From Thermoplasmata archaeon (GTDB lineage: Archaea > Thermoplasmatota > Thermoplasmata > Lutacidiplasmatales > UBA184), in assembly GCA_028864975.1 (NCBI GenBank), contig JAGWLG010000012.1, positions 1 to 64,000 on the forward strand: DNA of 64,000 nucleotides, in the 5' to 3' direction. Positions 53,434 through 62,704 of the stretch are shown in pieces. The notes beneath the pieces are model-generated. The model searched no databases and was not told the origin of the DNA. It saw only the letters and a list, made by a program, of their open reading frames with translations. Position 1 is the stretch's first letter, and each line of letters opens with the position of its first letter. The position numbers and the translations under genes were made by a program.

Positions 53434-54411
53434 CTACCCCGCCGCCACGGTGCGCTGGATCGCGCGCCCGATGCGGTCCACGCTCGGCAGGTACAGGTTC
53501 TCCAACGTGTAGGGGAACGGGGTGTCGTACCCCGTGACCCGCACGATCGGGGCCTTGAGGGAGTAGAGGGCCTTCTCGGCGAGGATCGCGGCGAGCTCCG
53601 CACCGAAACCGCAGAACTTGGGCGCTTCGTGAACGATCACGGCCCTTCCGGTCTTCTCGACGGACCGGACCACCGCGTCCACATCGAGCGGGACGAGCGT
53701 CCTAAGGTCGACGAGCTCGGCATGGATACCGGTCTTCTCGAGCACCTGACGGGCCTGGAACGCGGTCGGGACCATCGATCCGTAGGCGAAGACGCTCACG
53801 TCGCTCCCTTCGCGCACGATGCGGGCCTTGCCGAATGGCACGCGGTGGTCCCCTTCGGGGACCTCCCCGGTCGCCGTGCGGTAGATCCGTTTCGGTTCCA
53901 TGAAGAGGACCGGGTCCTCGTCGAAGATGGCGGTGAGCAGAAGCCCTTTCGCGTCCGCAGGGGTGGAAGGGACGACCACCTTGATCCCGGGCGTGCTCGC
54001 GAAGAGCTGTTCGGTGCTCTGGGAATGGTAGAGTCCCCCCCGGATCCCTCCTCCGTAGGGCGTACGGATGACCACGTGGGCAGGGAACTGTCCCCCCGAC
54101 CGGTAGCGGAACTTGGTGAGCTCGCTCACGATCTGATCGAAGGCGGGGTAGATGAAGTCCAGGAACTGGATCTCGGCCACGGGCTTGAGCCCGTAGAGGG
54201 CCATCCCGACGGCCATCCCCACGATGCCGCTCTCGTTGAGCGGAGTGTCGAGGACGCGGGACTCTCCGAACTCCTTTTGAAGGCCCTCCGTGGCACGGAA
54301 GACCCCGCCGTTCACCCCGATGTCCTCGCCCAGGCACAGGACGTCCGGGTCGACCTTCATCGCATGGTGCAGCGCCTTGTTCACGGCTTGGATCAACGTG
54401 GCTTCGGTCAT
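53434..54411 (-). CDS. pdhB: 2-oxoacid dehydrogenase E1 beta subunit
   Basis: GEDIGVNGGVFRAT, DTPLNESGI, EIQFLDF, LYHSQS, SVEKTGR. Start trimmed to ATG 54411 (ATGA overlap). Confidence 0.94.
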   Translation of the reverse strand: MTEATLIQAVNKALHHAMKVDPDVLCLGEDIGVNGGVFRATEGLQKEFGESRVLDTPLNESGIVGMAVGMALYGLKPVAEIQFLDFIYPAFDQIVSELTKFRYRSGGQFPAHVVIRTPYGGGIRGGLYHSQSTEQLFASTPGIKVVVPSTPADAKGLLLTAIFDEDPVLFMEPKRIYRTATGEVPEGDHRVPFGKARIVREGSDVSVFAYGSMVPTAFQARQVLEKTGIHAELVDLRTLVPLDVDAVVRSVEKTGRAVIVHEAPKFCGFGAELAAILAEKALYSLKAPIVRVTGYDTPFPYTLENLYLPSVDRIGRAIQRTVAAG

Positions 54412-55481
54412 GGTCGGATCACGCCCTCCCGGAGAAGTTCCTCGAACTCCTTGCGTTCTTCCTCGAGGTTCGGGGAAAGGCTTGCCCAGACATCGTCGAA
54501 GAGGGAGGTCGCCGCGGGGGGCCCCATCTTCTCCACCTCCTGGACCTCCTTCTGGACCATCGAACGGAGCTCTTCCTGGAGCGATTCGAACTGGGCCTCG
54601 CTGAAGACCCCGCGGGCCAGGAGCTCGGACTTGAGCCGCTCGATCGGGTCCCGGGCCTTCCACGTGGCCAGCTCCTGAGGAGTTCGGTAGCGTCGGGGAT
54701 CGTCGGAAGTGGAGTGCGGGCCCATGCGGTAGGTGACCGCTTCGATGAGCGTGGGCCCTTCTCCCGCCACGGCCCGAGCTCGGGCCTCTTTGACTGCGCG
54801 GTAGACGGCGTGGAAGTCGTTCCCGTCGACCTGCACGCCCGGGAACCCGTAGGCGTTCGCCTTGATCGCCAGCGTCGAGCTGTGGGTCTGCTTCTCCCGA
54901 GGGAGGGAGATGGCCCACTGGTTGTTCTGGCAGAAGAAGACCACGGGGGCCTTGTAGACCCCGGCGAAGTTCATCCCTGAATGGAAGTCGTTCGACGAGG
55001 TCGCCCCATCGCCGAAGAAGGGGACCGCAACGACCTTCTCGCCCTTGTATCGGGAAGCATACGCAAGCCCGACGGCATGAATGATCTGGGTGCCGATCGG
55101 GCTCGAGGCGCTGAGGAACCGGTGCTGTCGAAACCCGTAGTGGTTCGGCATCTGGCGTCCCTTCGAGAGGTCTGCGCTGTTCCCATAGAGCTGGTTCAAG
55201 ATGTCGCGCAGCGGGACGCCCCGGGTGAGCGCGACCGCGAGCTCGCGGTAGGCCGGGCAGACCCAGTCCCCAGGTTGCAGGGCCCAAGCACACCCGACCT
55301 GAGCAGCTTCCTGCCCTTCGAGAGGCACGTAGAAGCCGAGCCGGCCTTGGCGCTGCAGGTTCATGCATCGCTCGTCGACCGCACGGGCGAGGGCCATGGT
55401 GCGAAGGACCTTCAGGAGGTCCGGGTCCGGCAGCGAGGGTTCCGGTAGGTCGGTCGTGGTTCGGGAAGCCGCCGCGCTCAC
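54408..55481 (-). CDS. pdhA: 2-oxoacid dehydrogenase E1 alpha subunit, first copy
   Basis: LQRQGRLGFY, GRQMPNHY, GDGATS, NNQWAIS, YRMGPHSTSDDP. Confidence 0.93.
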   Translation of the reverse strand: MSAAASRTTTDLPEPSLPDPDLLKVLRTMALARAVDERCMNLQRQGRLGFYVPLEGQEAAQVGCAWALQPGDWVCPAYRELAVALTRGVPLRDILNQLYGNSADLSKGRQMPNHYGFRQHRFLSASSPIGTQIIHAVGLAYASRYKGEKVVAVPFFGDGATSSNDFHSGMNFAGVYKAPVVFFCQNNQWAISLPREKQTHSSTLAIKANAYGFPGVQVDGNDFHAVYRAVKEARARAVAGEGPTLIEAVTYRMGPHSTSDDPRRYRTPQELATWKARDPIERLKSELLARGVFSEAQFESLQEELRSMVQKEVQEVEKMGPPAATSLFDDVWASLSPNLEEERKEFEELLREGVIRP

Positions 55482-55647
55482 GTGGGTCGTGCCTCTTCCT
55501 TCGGACAGGGGTGCCGTTAAAATGGGTTGCGCGCGGCCGGCGGACTTTGTGTCGGAACAGGGTCGCTTCGGGGGGACAGGGGCCCCTTCTCGTCGCGAGG
55601 GGGCACATCGCGAGGTTCATCCACCCCCGGAACTTGCCGCCGGGAGC

Positions 55648-55833
55648 ATGGAGTCGGTCCCGGCCCATCGGCACTGCAAGGTCTGCGGCACGCCGACCCC
55701 CCCCGAGGATCCCTTCTGCTCTCCCGCCTGCACCGAGAAGCGGGCTTCCCAGGTCCGTCAGCAGCGCCTCTACACGCTGCTCTTCGCCGCTCTGACCATC
55801 TTCATCGTCCTCGCCCTGTTCGCGAGAGTGTAG
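55648..55833 (+). CDS. DUF2116-like zinc-ribbon membrane protein
   Basis: HRHCKVCG...FCSPAC followed by a C-terminal TM. GGGAG SD upstream. Confidence 0.85.
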   Translation: MESVPAHRHCKVCGTPTPPEDPFCSPACTEKRASQVRQQRLYTLLFAALTIFIVLALFARV

Positions 55834-55858
55834 ACCGGAACGGAGGAGGAGCGCGTCG

Positions 55859-56902
55859 GTGGGTCTACTCTCTCGGGCCGTTCTCGGCGGCACGTTCGAC
55901 CGCCTGCATGTGGGCCATGAGGCCCTCCTCGCGGCGGCCTTCGACCACGCCAAAGAGGTCGGCATCGGCATCACGACCGAGGAGTTCTTCCGCGCCCCCG
56001 GCCGGCAAGCGAAATCGGGCGGGGTCCGCCCCTTCGACGAACGACGGAAGGAGCTCGAAACGTTCCTCGAACAACGCTTCCCCGGTCGCACTTGGTACCT
56101 CATCCCCTTGGTCGAGCGCTGGGGGGCCGCGCTCGAGCCCCAGACCAAGGCGCTGGTCGTGAGCGACGAGACCCTGCCCGTCGGGGAGCTCGCGAACCGG
56201 CTAAGGAAGCGCCACCGGGTCCCTGCCTTGACGCTGATCGTTCGTCACGCAGTCCTGGGAGAGGACCTGCTCCGAGTCTCCTCCACCCGCGTTCGGGTAG
56301 GAAGGATCGACCGCACCGGAAGAAGGCTCCTCCCGATCCGGGTCGGCGTGGGCTCGACCAACTCGGTCAAGAAGGCGGGGGTCGAGGCGGCCTTCCGTGC
56401 GCTCTTCGAGCGGACCCCCGTGACCGTGGAAGGCGTCAGCCCTGGAGGCACCAATCCCCAGCCCTGGGGGCTCGAGGAGGGGTTCCAGGGCGCCCTACGT
56501 CGCGCCACGCTCGCCGTGAAAGGAGGACACGACTGGGGCGTGGGGGTCGAGGCGACGATCTTCCAACGTCGCAAGGGCGGACCGATGTTCGATCTGCACT
56601 GTATCTGCGTTCTCGGCGCCGACGGAGCTCACCTGCAGAGCGCCTCGGCCGCGTACCCCATTCCCTCCAGCGTGGCGCGCGAGATGCAGGGAAGGAGGAC
56701 GCTCGAGGAGGCGGTCCGCAGGACCGGGGGGCCCCCGAAGGTCGGGCATACGACCGGAGGGGCATTGGCGTTCCTGACCGGGAACGGGATATCGCGCGAG
56801 GAGGTCATCGCGAACGCGGTCCGTCTTGCGTTCGTGCCGCTGCTCGCTCGACGCGCCGAGCGGCTCCCCGACGTGGACGTGCTACGCCCGCCGAGGGGCT
56901 GA
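55859..56902 (+). CDS. coaD: Phosphopantetheine adenylyltransferase fused to inosine/xanthosine triphosphatase (YjjX-like)
   Basis: GGTFDRLHVGH and VSSTRVR at the N-terminus; VGSTNSVK, QPWG...GALRRA, GVGVEA and GALAFLT at the C-terminus. Confidence 0.9.
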   Translation: MGLLSRAVLGGTFDRLHVGHEALLAAAFDHAKEVGIGITTEEFFRAPGRQAKSGGVRPFDERRKELETFLEQRFPGRTWYLIPLVERWGAALEPQTKALVVSDETLPVGELANRLRKRHRVPALTLIVRHAVLGEDLLRVSSTRVRVGRIDRTGRRLLPIRVGVGSTNSVKKAGVEAAFRALFERTPVTVEGVSPGGTNPQPWGLEEGFQGALRRATLAVKGGHDWGVGVEATIFQRRKGGPMFDLHCICVLGADGAHLQSASAAYPIPSSVAREMQGRRTLEEAVRRTGGPPKVGHTTGGALAFLTGNGISREEVIANAVRLAFVPLLARRAERLPDVDVLRPPRG

Positions 56903-57130
56903 GCGGTCGTAGGCCCACGCGGACCTCGAAAGCCACAGATCGTAGACCGCGACCGCGCTGAGCAGGGCGCCCACCAACAGAAGGACCGCGCTCCCTCCGG
57001 CGGAGATGACCACCGTGCCATCCAGGAGGTCCACGATGGAGGCGAGGATCAGGATCAGGCCCACGAACAGGACCCACATCGCGGTCTCGCTCATCCGAAC
57101 CAGACGCGGGACGACCTCCGTCGCGGTCAT
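56882..57130 (-). CDS. Small two-TM membrane protein
   Basis: Two hydrophobic helices. ATG 57130 trimmed from ORF 56882..57193. Confidence 0.6.
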   Translation of the reverse strand: MTATEVVPRLVRMSETAMWVLFVGLILILASIVDLLDGTVVISAGGSAVLLLVGALLSAVAVYDLWLSRSAWAYDRSAPRRA

Positions 57131-57220
57131 GTTCTGGCCCCCACTTGTTGGAGGGAGCCGGCTGCAATGACGCCGGGGTCGACCTCCTTTCACGAGGCGT
57201 CCCCCGGTTCGGGGGCAAGG

Positions 57221-57226
57221 TATAAA
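57221..57226 (+). promoter_or_regulatory. TATA box (TATAAA)
   Basis: Canonical hexamer upstream of GAGGAG and GTG 57263. Confidence 0.6.
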
Positions 57227-57262
57227 CTACGACCGGGGGTGGGGGGCGTAGAGGAGCCTTCC

Positions 57263-57484
57263 GTGGAGAGCTACCTGCGCGTCGCCTTCTCCAGCGAGGG
57301 GTCCAAGCCGTCCGAGATCGCCGACAAGCTGCACGCGCTGGGGTTCCGCCCGACCCAGGGGAACTACGACTTCATCTATGACTGGAAGGCCGGGGTGAAG
57401 CTCGAAGAAGCGATGGACCTCGCCGACGAGGTCAGCCGCACGCTGCGCGGGTTCAAGGTCCTCTTCGAAATGGAGACCGTCTGA
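57263..57484 (+). CDS. Small conserved-looking alpha/beta protein (73 aa)
   Basis: TATA and SD upstream. YLRVAFSSEG.KPSEI...LGF.P..G.YDF.YDW. Confidence 0.75.
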   Translation: MESYLRVAFSSEGSKPSEIADKLHALGFRPTQGNYDFIYDWKAGVKLEEAMDLADEVSRTLRGFKVLFEMETV

Positions 57485-57567
57485 CCGGGCCCCGGCTCCC
57501 GGTCGACCCGAGGCGACGGGGTCTCTGAGCTCACGGGTGCACGCGGCGAAGGGGGGAGATCGATTCC

Positions 57568-58416
57568 GTGAAGGTGGTCATCCCCGCCGCAGGTCAGGGG
57601 ACGCGGTTCCTCCCCGCGACCAAGAGCATGCCCAAGGAGATGCTCCCGGTCATCGACCGACCGGTGATCCAGTACGTGGTCGAGGAGGCCATCGCCTCGG
57701 GCGCGGACGACATCACGATCATCACCGGTCGGGGGAAGAGGGCGCTCGAGGACCATTTCGACCACAACCCGGAGCTGGGGAAGTTCAACGATCTCCCTTC
57801 GATGCGGAGCCTGGAGGAGCTCGCCGACCGGGCCACGATCCACTTCGTACGCCAGAGGACCCCCCGCGGGCTGGCCGACGCGGTCGCCTGCTCGGCCCGG
57901 CACGTGGGGCGGGAGGCCTTCGGGATCCTTCTGGGAGATACGATCAACCTCTGCCGACCCCCCTTGCTCCGCCAGCTCTGGAACCGCTACGAAGAACTCG
58001 GCTCCCGTTCCTCCGTGATTGCCGTCGAGCCCGTGCCCGATGCCAAGGTGTCGGACTACGGCATCGTCGCGGGTCCGGAGGTCCGCCCGGGAGTGTTCGA
58101 GGTCCAGAGGATGGTGGAGAAACCCCCGCTCTCGAAGGCGCCGAGCCGCCTGGGCATCACCGGGGCCTACGTCCTCACCCCCGCCATCTTTGACGCGATC
58201 CGTTCGACCCCTCCCGGGAGAAATCAGGAGGTCCAACTGACCGACGCGCTCGACCGGCTCCGCCAACGGGAGAAGGTCTACGCCGTGACCTTCCAGGGGA
58301 CCCGATACGATATTGGCGACCGCTTCTTGTGGCTGCGGACCAACCTGGAGTTCGCTATGCGGGACCCCGAGCTACGGGACCGATTGCGACCGTACCTCAA
58401 GGAGCTCCTGAAATGA
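57568..58416 (+). CDS. galU: UTP--glucose-1-phosphate uridylyltransferase
   Basis: VIPAAGQGTRFLPATKSMPKEMLPV, GLADAV, MVEKP, EVQLTDA, YDIGD. Confidence 0.95.
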   Translation: MKVVIPAAGQGTRFLPATKSMPKEMLPVIDRPVIQYVVEEAIASGADDITIITGRGKRALEDHFDHNPELGKFNDLPSMRSLEELADRATIHFVRQRTPRGLADAVACSARHVGREAFGILLGDTINLCRPPLLRQLWNRYEELGSRSSVIAVEPVPDAKVSDYGIVAGPEVRPGVFEVQRMVEKPPLSKAPSRLGITGAYVLTPAIFDAIRSTPPGRNQEVQLTDALDRLRQREKVYAVTFQGTRYDIGDRFLWLRTNLEFAMRDPELRDRLRPYLKELLK

Positions 58417-59405
58417 CCGAGAGGACGGCCCTCGTCGCCGGAGCCGCAGGGTTCCTGGGTTCGCATCTCACGGAGAACCTGCTCCGAGATGGGTGGACCG
58501 TCATTGGGATCGACAATCTCTCGACCGGTAGGACCGAGAACCTGAAGACCTTCCGGAAACACCCGAGCTTCCGGTTCCTCCGCCGCGACCTCTCGCGCCG
58601 GGTCAAGCTCCCGCCCGCGGAGGCGGTCTTCCACCTCGCGTCCCCCGCGTCTCCTCCCCACTATCAGCGGGACCCCATCGCCTGCCTGGCCGTGAACGCC
58701 TTCGGCACCGCCCAGCTGGCCGAGCACGCGCATCGCTCGGGGGCGCGTTTCTTCCTGGCCTCCACCTCCGAGGTCTATGGGGACCCCGAGGTCCATCCGC
58801 AGCCCGAGAGCTACTTCGGTCATGTCAACCCCTACGGGCCGCGGTCGTGCTACGACGAAGGGAAGCGCTTCGCCGAAGCGATGACCCTCGCGTGGGAACA
58901 GAGCAAGGGACTGGACGCGCGGATCGCCCGCATCTTCAACACCTACGGCCCGCGCATGGCCCTGGACGACGGGCGGGTGGTGACCCAGTTCCTCGTGGAG
59001 GGCTGGAGAGGCGAACCGATCACGGTCCACGGGGAGGGGAAGCAGACCCGGTCGTTCTGCTACGTCTCCGACCTTATCGAAGGCTTCCGCAAGCTCTTCG
59101 ACTCCTCCGTGAAGGGACCCGTCAACCTGGGCAATCCCGAGACCGAAATGTCCGTCGGGGAGCTCGCCGAGAGGGTTCGGGCCCTCACCGGTGGGCGGTC
59201 GACCATCGTCCACACGGAGCGAGGACGGGACGACCCAGAGCGCCGTCGCCCAGATATCTCACGGGCCAAGGAGCTCCTGGGCTGGGCGCCGAAGGTCCCC
59301 CTCACCGAGGGGCTGGAGAAGACCTCCCTGGATGTTCAGGAACGTCTGCGGCGCGCTTCCCGCGCGGCGGCCCGCGTCCGACGTGTAAAGGAGGGCTCCC
59401 CCTGA
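58413..59405 (+). CDS. UDP-glucuronate decarboxylase (UXS-like SDR)
   Basis: GAAGFLGS, HLASPASPPHYQ, ASTSEVYGDP, GPRSCYDEGKR, RIFNTYGPRM, QTRSFCYVSD. Confidence 0.9.
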   Translation: MTERTALVAGAAGFLGSHLTENLLRDGWTVIGIDNLSTGRTENLKTFRKHPSFRFLRRDLSRRVKLPPAEAVFHLASPASPPHYQRDPIACLAVNAFGTAQLAEHAHRSGARFFLASTSEVYGDPEVHPQPESYFGHVNPYGPRSCYDEGKRFAEAMTLAWEQSKGLDARIARIFNTYGPRMALDDGRVVTQFLVEGWRGEPITVHGEGKQTRSFCYVSDLIEGFRKLFDSSVKGPVNLGNPETEMSVGELAERVRALTGGRSTIVHTERGRDDPERRRPDISRAKELLGWAPKVPLTEGLEKTSLDVQERLRRASRAAARVRRVKEGSP

Positions 59406-60865
59406 TGACGGCCCGCAATCGCTCTCGTGGCCCTCGTACTCGGAAGGCTCGACGCGGGCCGCGCGCGGACCCACCTGAGAAGGCGAGGGGGCAGCTCGAC
59501 GTCGCCCGGGCTGAGGAAGGGCCGCTCACCCTCGGAGTCTCCGGCATGGGGTTCGTCGGGGTCGCGATGGCGGTCGCCTTCGCGCACTACGGGCACGACG
59601 TGGTCGGATGGGACGTCGTCGACCGCCGACGCGAGGACATTGCCAAGGGGCGTGCTCCCTTCTTCGACCCGGGACTCCAGGAAACGCTCTCGAGCGCGGT
59701 CCGCACCGGCAGGCTCAAAGTCGCCTCAGACCGCGAGAGCTTCTTTCGTCGTGCGGATGTGATCTTCCTCTGCCTCCCCACGCCAAGCCGTCCCGATGGA
59801 AGCGTTGAGACCTCCTTCCTCGAAGAGGAAGCGCTGCGGCTGGGTAAGCTCCTCCGGAAGGGAAGGTCGTGGAAGCTCTTCGTCGTGAAGAGCACCTCGC
59901 CTCCGGGAACCGCTCGCAAGGTCGAGCGCATCCTGGCGGGGGAGAGCGGCAAGCACCCCGCTCAGGACTTCGCCGTCGCCTGCAACCCCGAGTTCCTTGC
60001 CGAGGGCTCGCTCGTGAAGGACGCGCTCGAGCCTTCCCGCATCGTGCTCGGGACGACGGACGCCCGAGCCGAGCGTGCCCTTCGCCAGGCCTATCAGGGG
60101 TTCCCAGGGAAGGTCGTGGTCCTGCCCCCCCCGGCCGCCGAGCTCGTCAAGTACTCTTCGAATGCCCTGCTCGCGGTCAAGGTCTCCTTCGCCAACGAGG
60201 TCGCGCGTCTTTCCGAGAAAGTGGGGACGGACGTCTATCCCGTGCTCGAGGCCGTGGGCATGGACCCGCGCCTCGGCCCCCACTTCCTTCGCGCGGGGCC
60301 CGGCTTTGGAGGTAGCTGCTTTCCGAAGGACCTTCGAGGACTCGTCGCCTTCGCGAGGCAGATGGGTGTCGCGATGCCGGTGACCGAGGGGGCGCTCTCG
60401 GTCAACGAGACCCAGGCGCGCCACGTGGTCGACCTGGCCGAAGAAGCCTCGGGCGGGTTGCTCGCGGGCCGGGAGGTCGCGCTGCTCGGGCTCGCCTTCA
60501 AGAGCGGCACCGACGACGTGCGTGAATCCCGGGCCTACCCCATCCTGGGCGAACTGCTCAAGCGAGGCGCGATGGTTCGGCTCCATGACCCCCGCTCCCT
60601 CGAGAACTTCCGAAAGGGTCTCCCCCAGCTCCTTTCGGCGGACCCCGGACCTCGCGTCAGGTTCTGCGAACGGGCGGAGGAAGCGCTCACGGGTGCGAAC
60701 CTCGCGCTGCTCCAGTGCGACTGGCCAGAATACCGGGAGATCCCGCTTCCCCTTTGGAAGCAGCTCAAGGACCGACTGGTCGTCGACGCCCGCCGAAGCA
60801 TCGAGGGGAAGGAACTACGGAAGGTCGGGCTACGCTACGTCGCGATCGGACGGGGAGAACCCTGA
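59405..60865 (+). CDS. ugd: UDP-glucose 6-dehydrogenase
   Basis: GMGFVG, CLPTP, VKSTSPPGT, NPEFLAEG, GFGGSCFPKD, GLAFKSGTDDVRES. TGATG coupling with the upstream gene. Confidence 0.93.
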   Translation: MTARNRSRGPRTRKARRGPRADPPEKARGQLDVARAEEGPLTLGVSGMGFVGVAMAVAFAHYGHDVVGWDVVDRRREDIAKGRAPFFDPGLQETLSSAVRTGRLKVASDRESFFRRADVIFLCLPTPSRPDGSVETSFLEEEALRLGKLLRKGRSWKLFVVKSTSPPGTARKVERILAGESGKHPAQDFAVACNPEFLAEGSLVKDALEPSRIVLGTTDARAERALRQAYQGFPGKVVVLPPPAAELVKYSSNALLAVKVSFANEVARLSEKVGTDVYPVLEAVGMDPRLGPHFLRAGPGFGGSCFPKDLRGLVAFARQMGVAMPVTEGALSVNETQARHVVDLAEEASGGLLAGREVALLGLAFKSGTDDVRESRAYPILGELLKRGAMVRLHDPRSLENFRKGLPQLLSADPGPRVRFCERAEEALTGANLALLQCDWPEYREIPLPLWKQLKDRLVVDARRSIEGKELRKVGLRYVAIGRGEP

Positions 60866-60930
60866 ACCCCCTGAGTCGTCCTTGACCCGGACCCGATGAG
60901 CTTTCAAGCCGGGTCCGCTGGAACCCCACC

Positions 60931-62271
60931 TTGAGCGCCTTGGTGCGGAGCGGAGCTTTGGCGACGGGAGCTGCTTCGAGGGCTCCCTCCCGTCCCGAGA
61001 TCCTCCCTCGAGCGTCATCGGTGGACGCCTTCGTTGGGACCTTCAAGGACAACAAGTCAGCGCCCATCCATCGGTGGTTCCAGTACCCCGCGGGATTCAG
61101 CTATCGAGCGGTGGAACACGCGCTCGAAACGTTCCCCGTCCCCGAAGGAGGGACCGTGTACGACCCGTTCGCCGGCACGGGTACGACCCTCGTCGTCTGC
61201 AAAGGGCGGGGGATCTCCAGCGTCGGGGTCGAGGCCCACCCCTTGGTCGCAAGGATCGCGCAGACCAAGGTGACGTGGGACCTGGACCTGGACAAGCTCG
61301 GCCGCGAAGCGGACGCGCTGCTTCGGTCGCTTCCCAGGCGAGTGAGCTCGTCCCGACTCCCACGGGACCTTCCCGCCCTCCTGCAGAAGTGCTACAGTCC
61401 CAAGAACCTCACGAAGCTCTTCGCGATCCGCGACGCTTTGGACCGGGTGGAGAAGGTCCATCGGGACCTCTTCGAGGTCGCGCTCATCGGCACGCTGCGG
61501 GCGGCCAGCGCGGCAGCCACAGGGTGGCCCTACATCGCGCCCCGGAAGAGGATCCAGGAGAAGGACGCCCTCGAGACCTTCGCGCTCCAGCTCTCCCACT
61601 GCCTGGAGGACCTGCGCGCGACCCGAGCAGAGCGGAGGACCGTCCCCGCCCGGGCCCTTGAAGCGGACGCGCGAGCCCCACCCCTAGGGAAGGGCTCGGT
61701 CGACCTGGCCTTCACCTCTCCCCCCTATCTCAACAACTACGACTACGCCGACCGGCTTCGTTTGGAAACCTACTTCCTGGGCATGGCCTCGACCTGGGGA
61801 GAGATCACCGAAAGGTTCCGGTCCAAGCTCATCGTGGCCGCCACAACCCAGGTGGACCGCCGGGAGGGTTCCGCCAGGGAACGGGTGGAAGGCGCGCTCG
61901 AGGGCCTCGACCCCCAGGTCGCCAGGGAGCTTGGGGAGAAGGTCGAGAAGCTGTCGGAGGTTCGCAAGCACCGGCGTGGGCAGAAGAGCTACGACCTGAT
62001 GGTCGCTCGCTACTTCGAGGACATGGCGCAGGCCATGACCGCCACGCGACGTCTTCTCCGGCCTGAAGGGAGGCTCGTGATGATCCTGGGCGACTCCGCC
62101 CCCTACGGGGTGCCTATCCCCACCGAGGAGTACCTCGGGAAGCTCGGGCTCGGCGTGGGGTTCTCCGACTACCGGACGACACGCCTCAGGTCCCGGGGTG
62201 GGAAGTGGCGGTCCAACCCCCAGCGCCATCACGTTCCGCTCAAGGAGTCTTGGCTCCTTCTCAGGGCCTAG
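60931..62271 (+). CDS. Amino (probably N4-cytosine) DNA methyltransferase, alpha-type motif order
   Basis: HRWFQYPAGFS, DPFAGTGT (motif I) before FTSPPYLNNYDY (motif IV SPPY). The start is uncertain (TTG). Confidence 0.88.
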   Translation: MSALVRSGALATGAASRAPSRPEILPRASSVDAFVGTFKDNKSAPIHRWFQYPAGFSYRAVEHALETFPVPEGGTVYDPFAGTGTTLVVCKGRGISSVGVEAHPLVARIAQTKVTWDLDLDKLGREADALLRSLPRRVSSSRLPRDLPALLQKCYSPKNLTKLFAIRDALDRVEKVHRDLFEVALIGTLRAASAAATGWPYIAPRKRIQEKDALETFALQLSHCLEDLRATRAERRTVPARALEADARAPPLGKGSVDLAFTSPPYLNNYDYADRLRLETYFLGMASTWGEITERFRSKLIVAATTQVDRREGSARERVEGALEGLDPQVARELGEKVEKLSEVRKHRRGQKSYDLMVARYFEDMAQAMTATRRLLRPEGRLVMILGDSAPYGVPIPTEEYLGKLGLGVGFSDYRTTRLRSRGGKWRSNPQRHHVPLKESWLLLRA

Positions 62272-62376
62272 GGGACCGGCCGTCGCCGCGGTTCGGGTTT
62301 CGCTCCACGGCGTGTCGTGGACGCCACGTGAGGCAAAGGTCAAATCCGCCCTTTCCTCAGAGAGGACCGGTCCAGG

Positions 62377-62703
62377 ATGCAGAAGTACCCGGTCAGCCCG
62401 AAGGTCGTGAAATCGCTCAGCCTCTCCACGCTGCAGTCGGTCCTCCAGGAGGTCTTCGGGAACGGGAGCACCGAGGAGCCTTTCGCGCACGCGAGCTTTG
62501 GCGCGCTCAAGGACCTGAAGGTCGGTTTCGAGGGGAAGTCCATGCTCGTCGAGACCGTCATGGACCCCACCGTGCCCTCGGAGGTCCAGCAGGAGACGAT
62601 CCGACGCTACAACAGCTTCCTCGAGCGCGCCACGGGTTACACCGCGAAAGAACGCGCGAAGAAGCTTCAGCAGGCCGCCAAGAAGGGCGGCGCCGAGGCG
62701 TAG
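62377..62703 (+). CDS. DUF5611-like protein
   Basis: MQKYPV...SFGALK...ETIRRYNSFLERATGYTAKERAK. Confidence 0.75.
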   Translation: MQKYPVSPKVVKSLSLSTLQSVLQEVFGNGSTEEPFAHASFGALKDLKVGFEGKSMLVETVMDPTVPSEVQQETIRRYNSFLERATGYTAKERAKKLQQAAKKGGAEA

Positions 62704-62704
62704 G

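Noticed and set aside
52066-54678. 870-aa plus-strand ORF and similar long antisense ORFs (e.g. 33744-34853, 40969-42141, 45863-47563, 62558-63943)
   Set aside because: They lie opposite well-supported genes and have no motifs. Long shadow frames are expected at this GC content.
49445-56148. Apparent fusions in the ORF track (49445..51895 and 53434..56148)
   Set aside because: These are over-extended starts. The real lpdA and pdhB starts overlap upstream stops (GTGA/ATGA), and the extensions are off-frame readings of the E1-alpha genes.
60080-62100. High frequency of CTCGAG as a possible methyltransferase target signal
   Set aside because: It is readily explained by CTC-GAG (Leu-Glu) codon usage in a GC-rich genome, and no counts could be computed.
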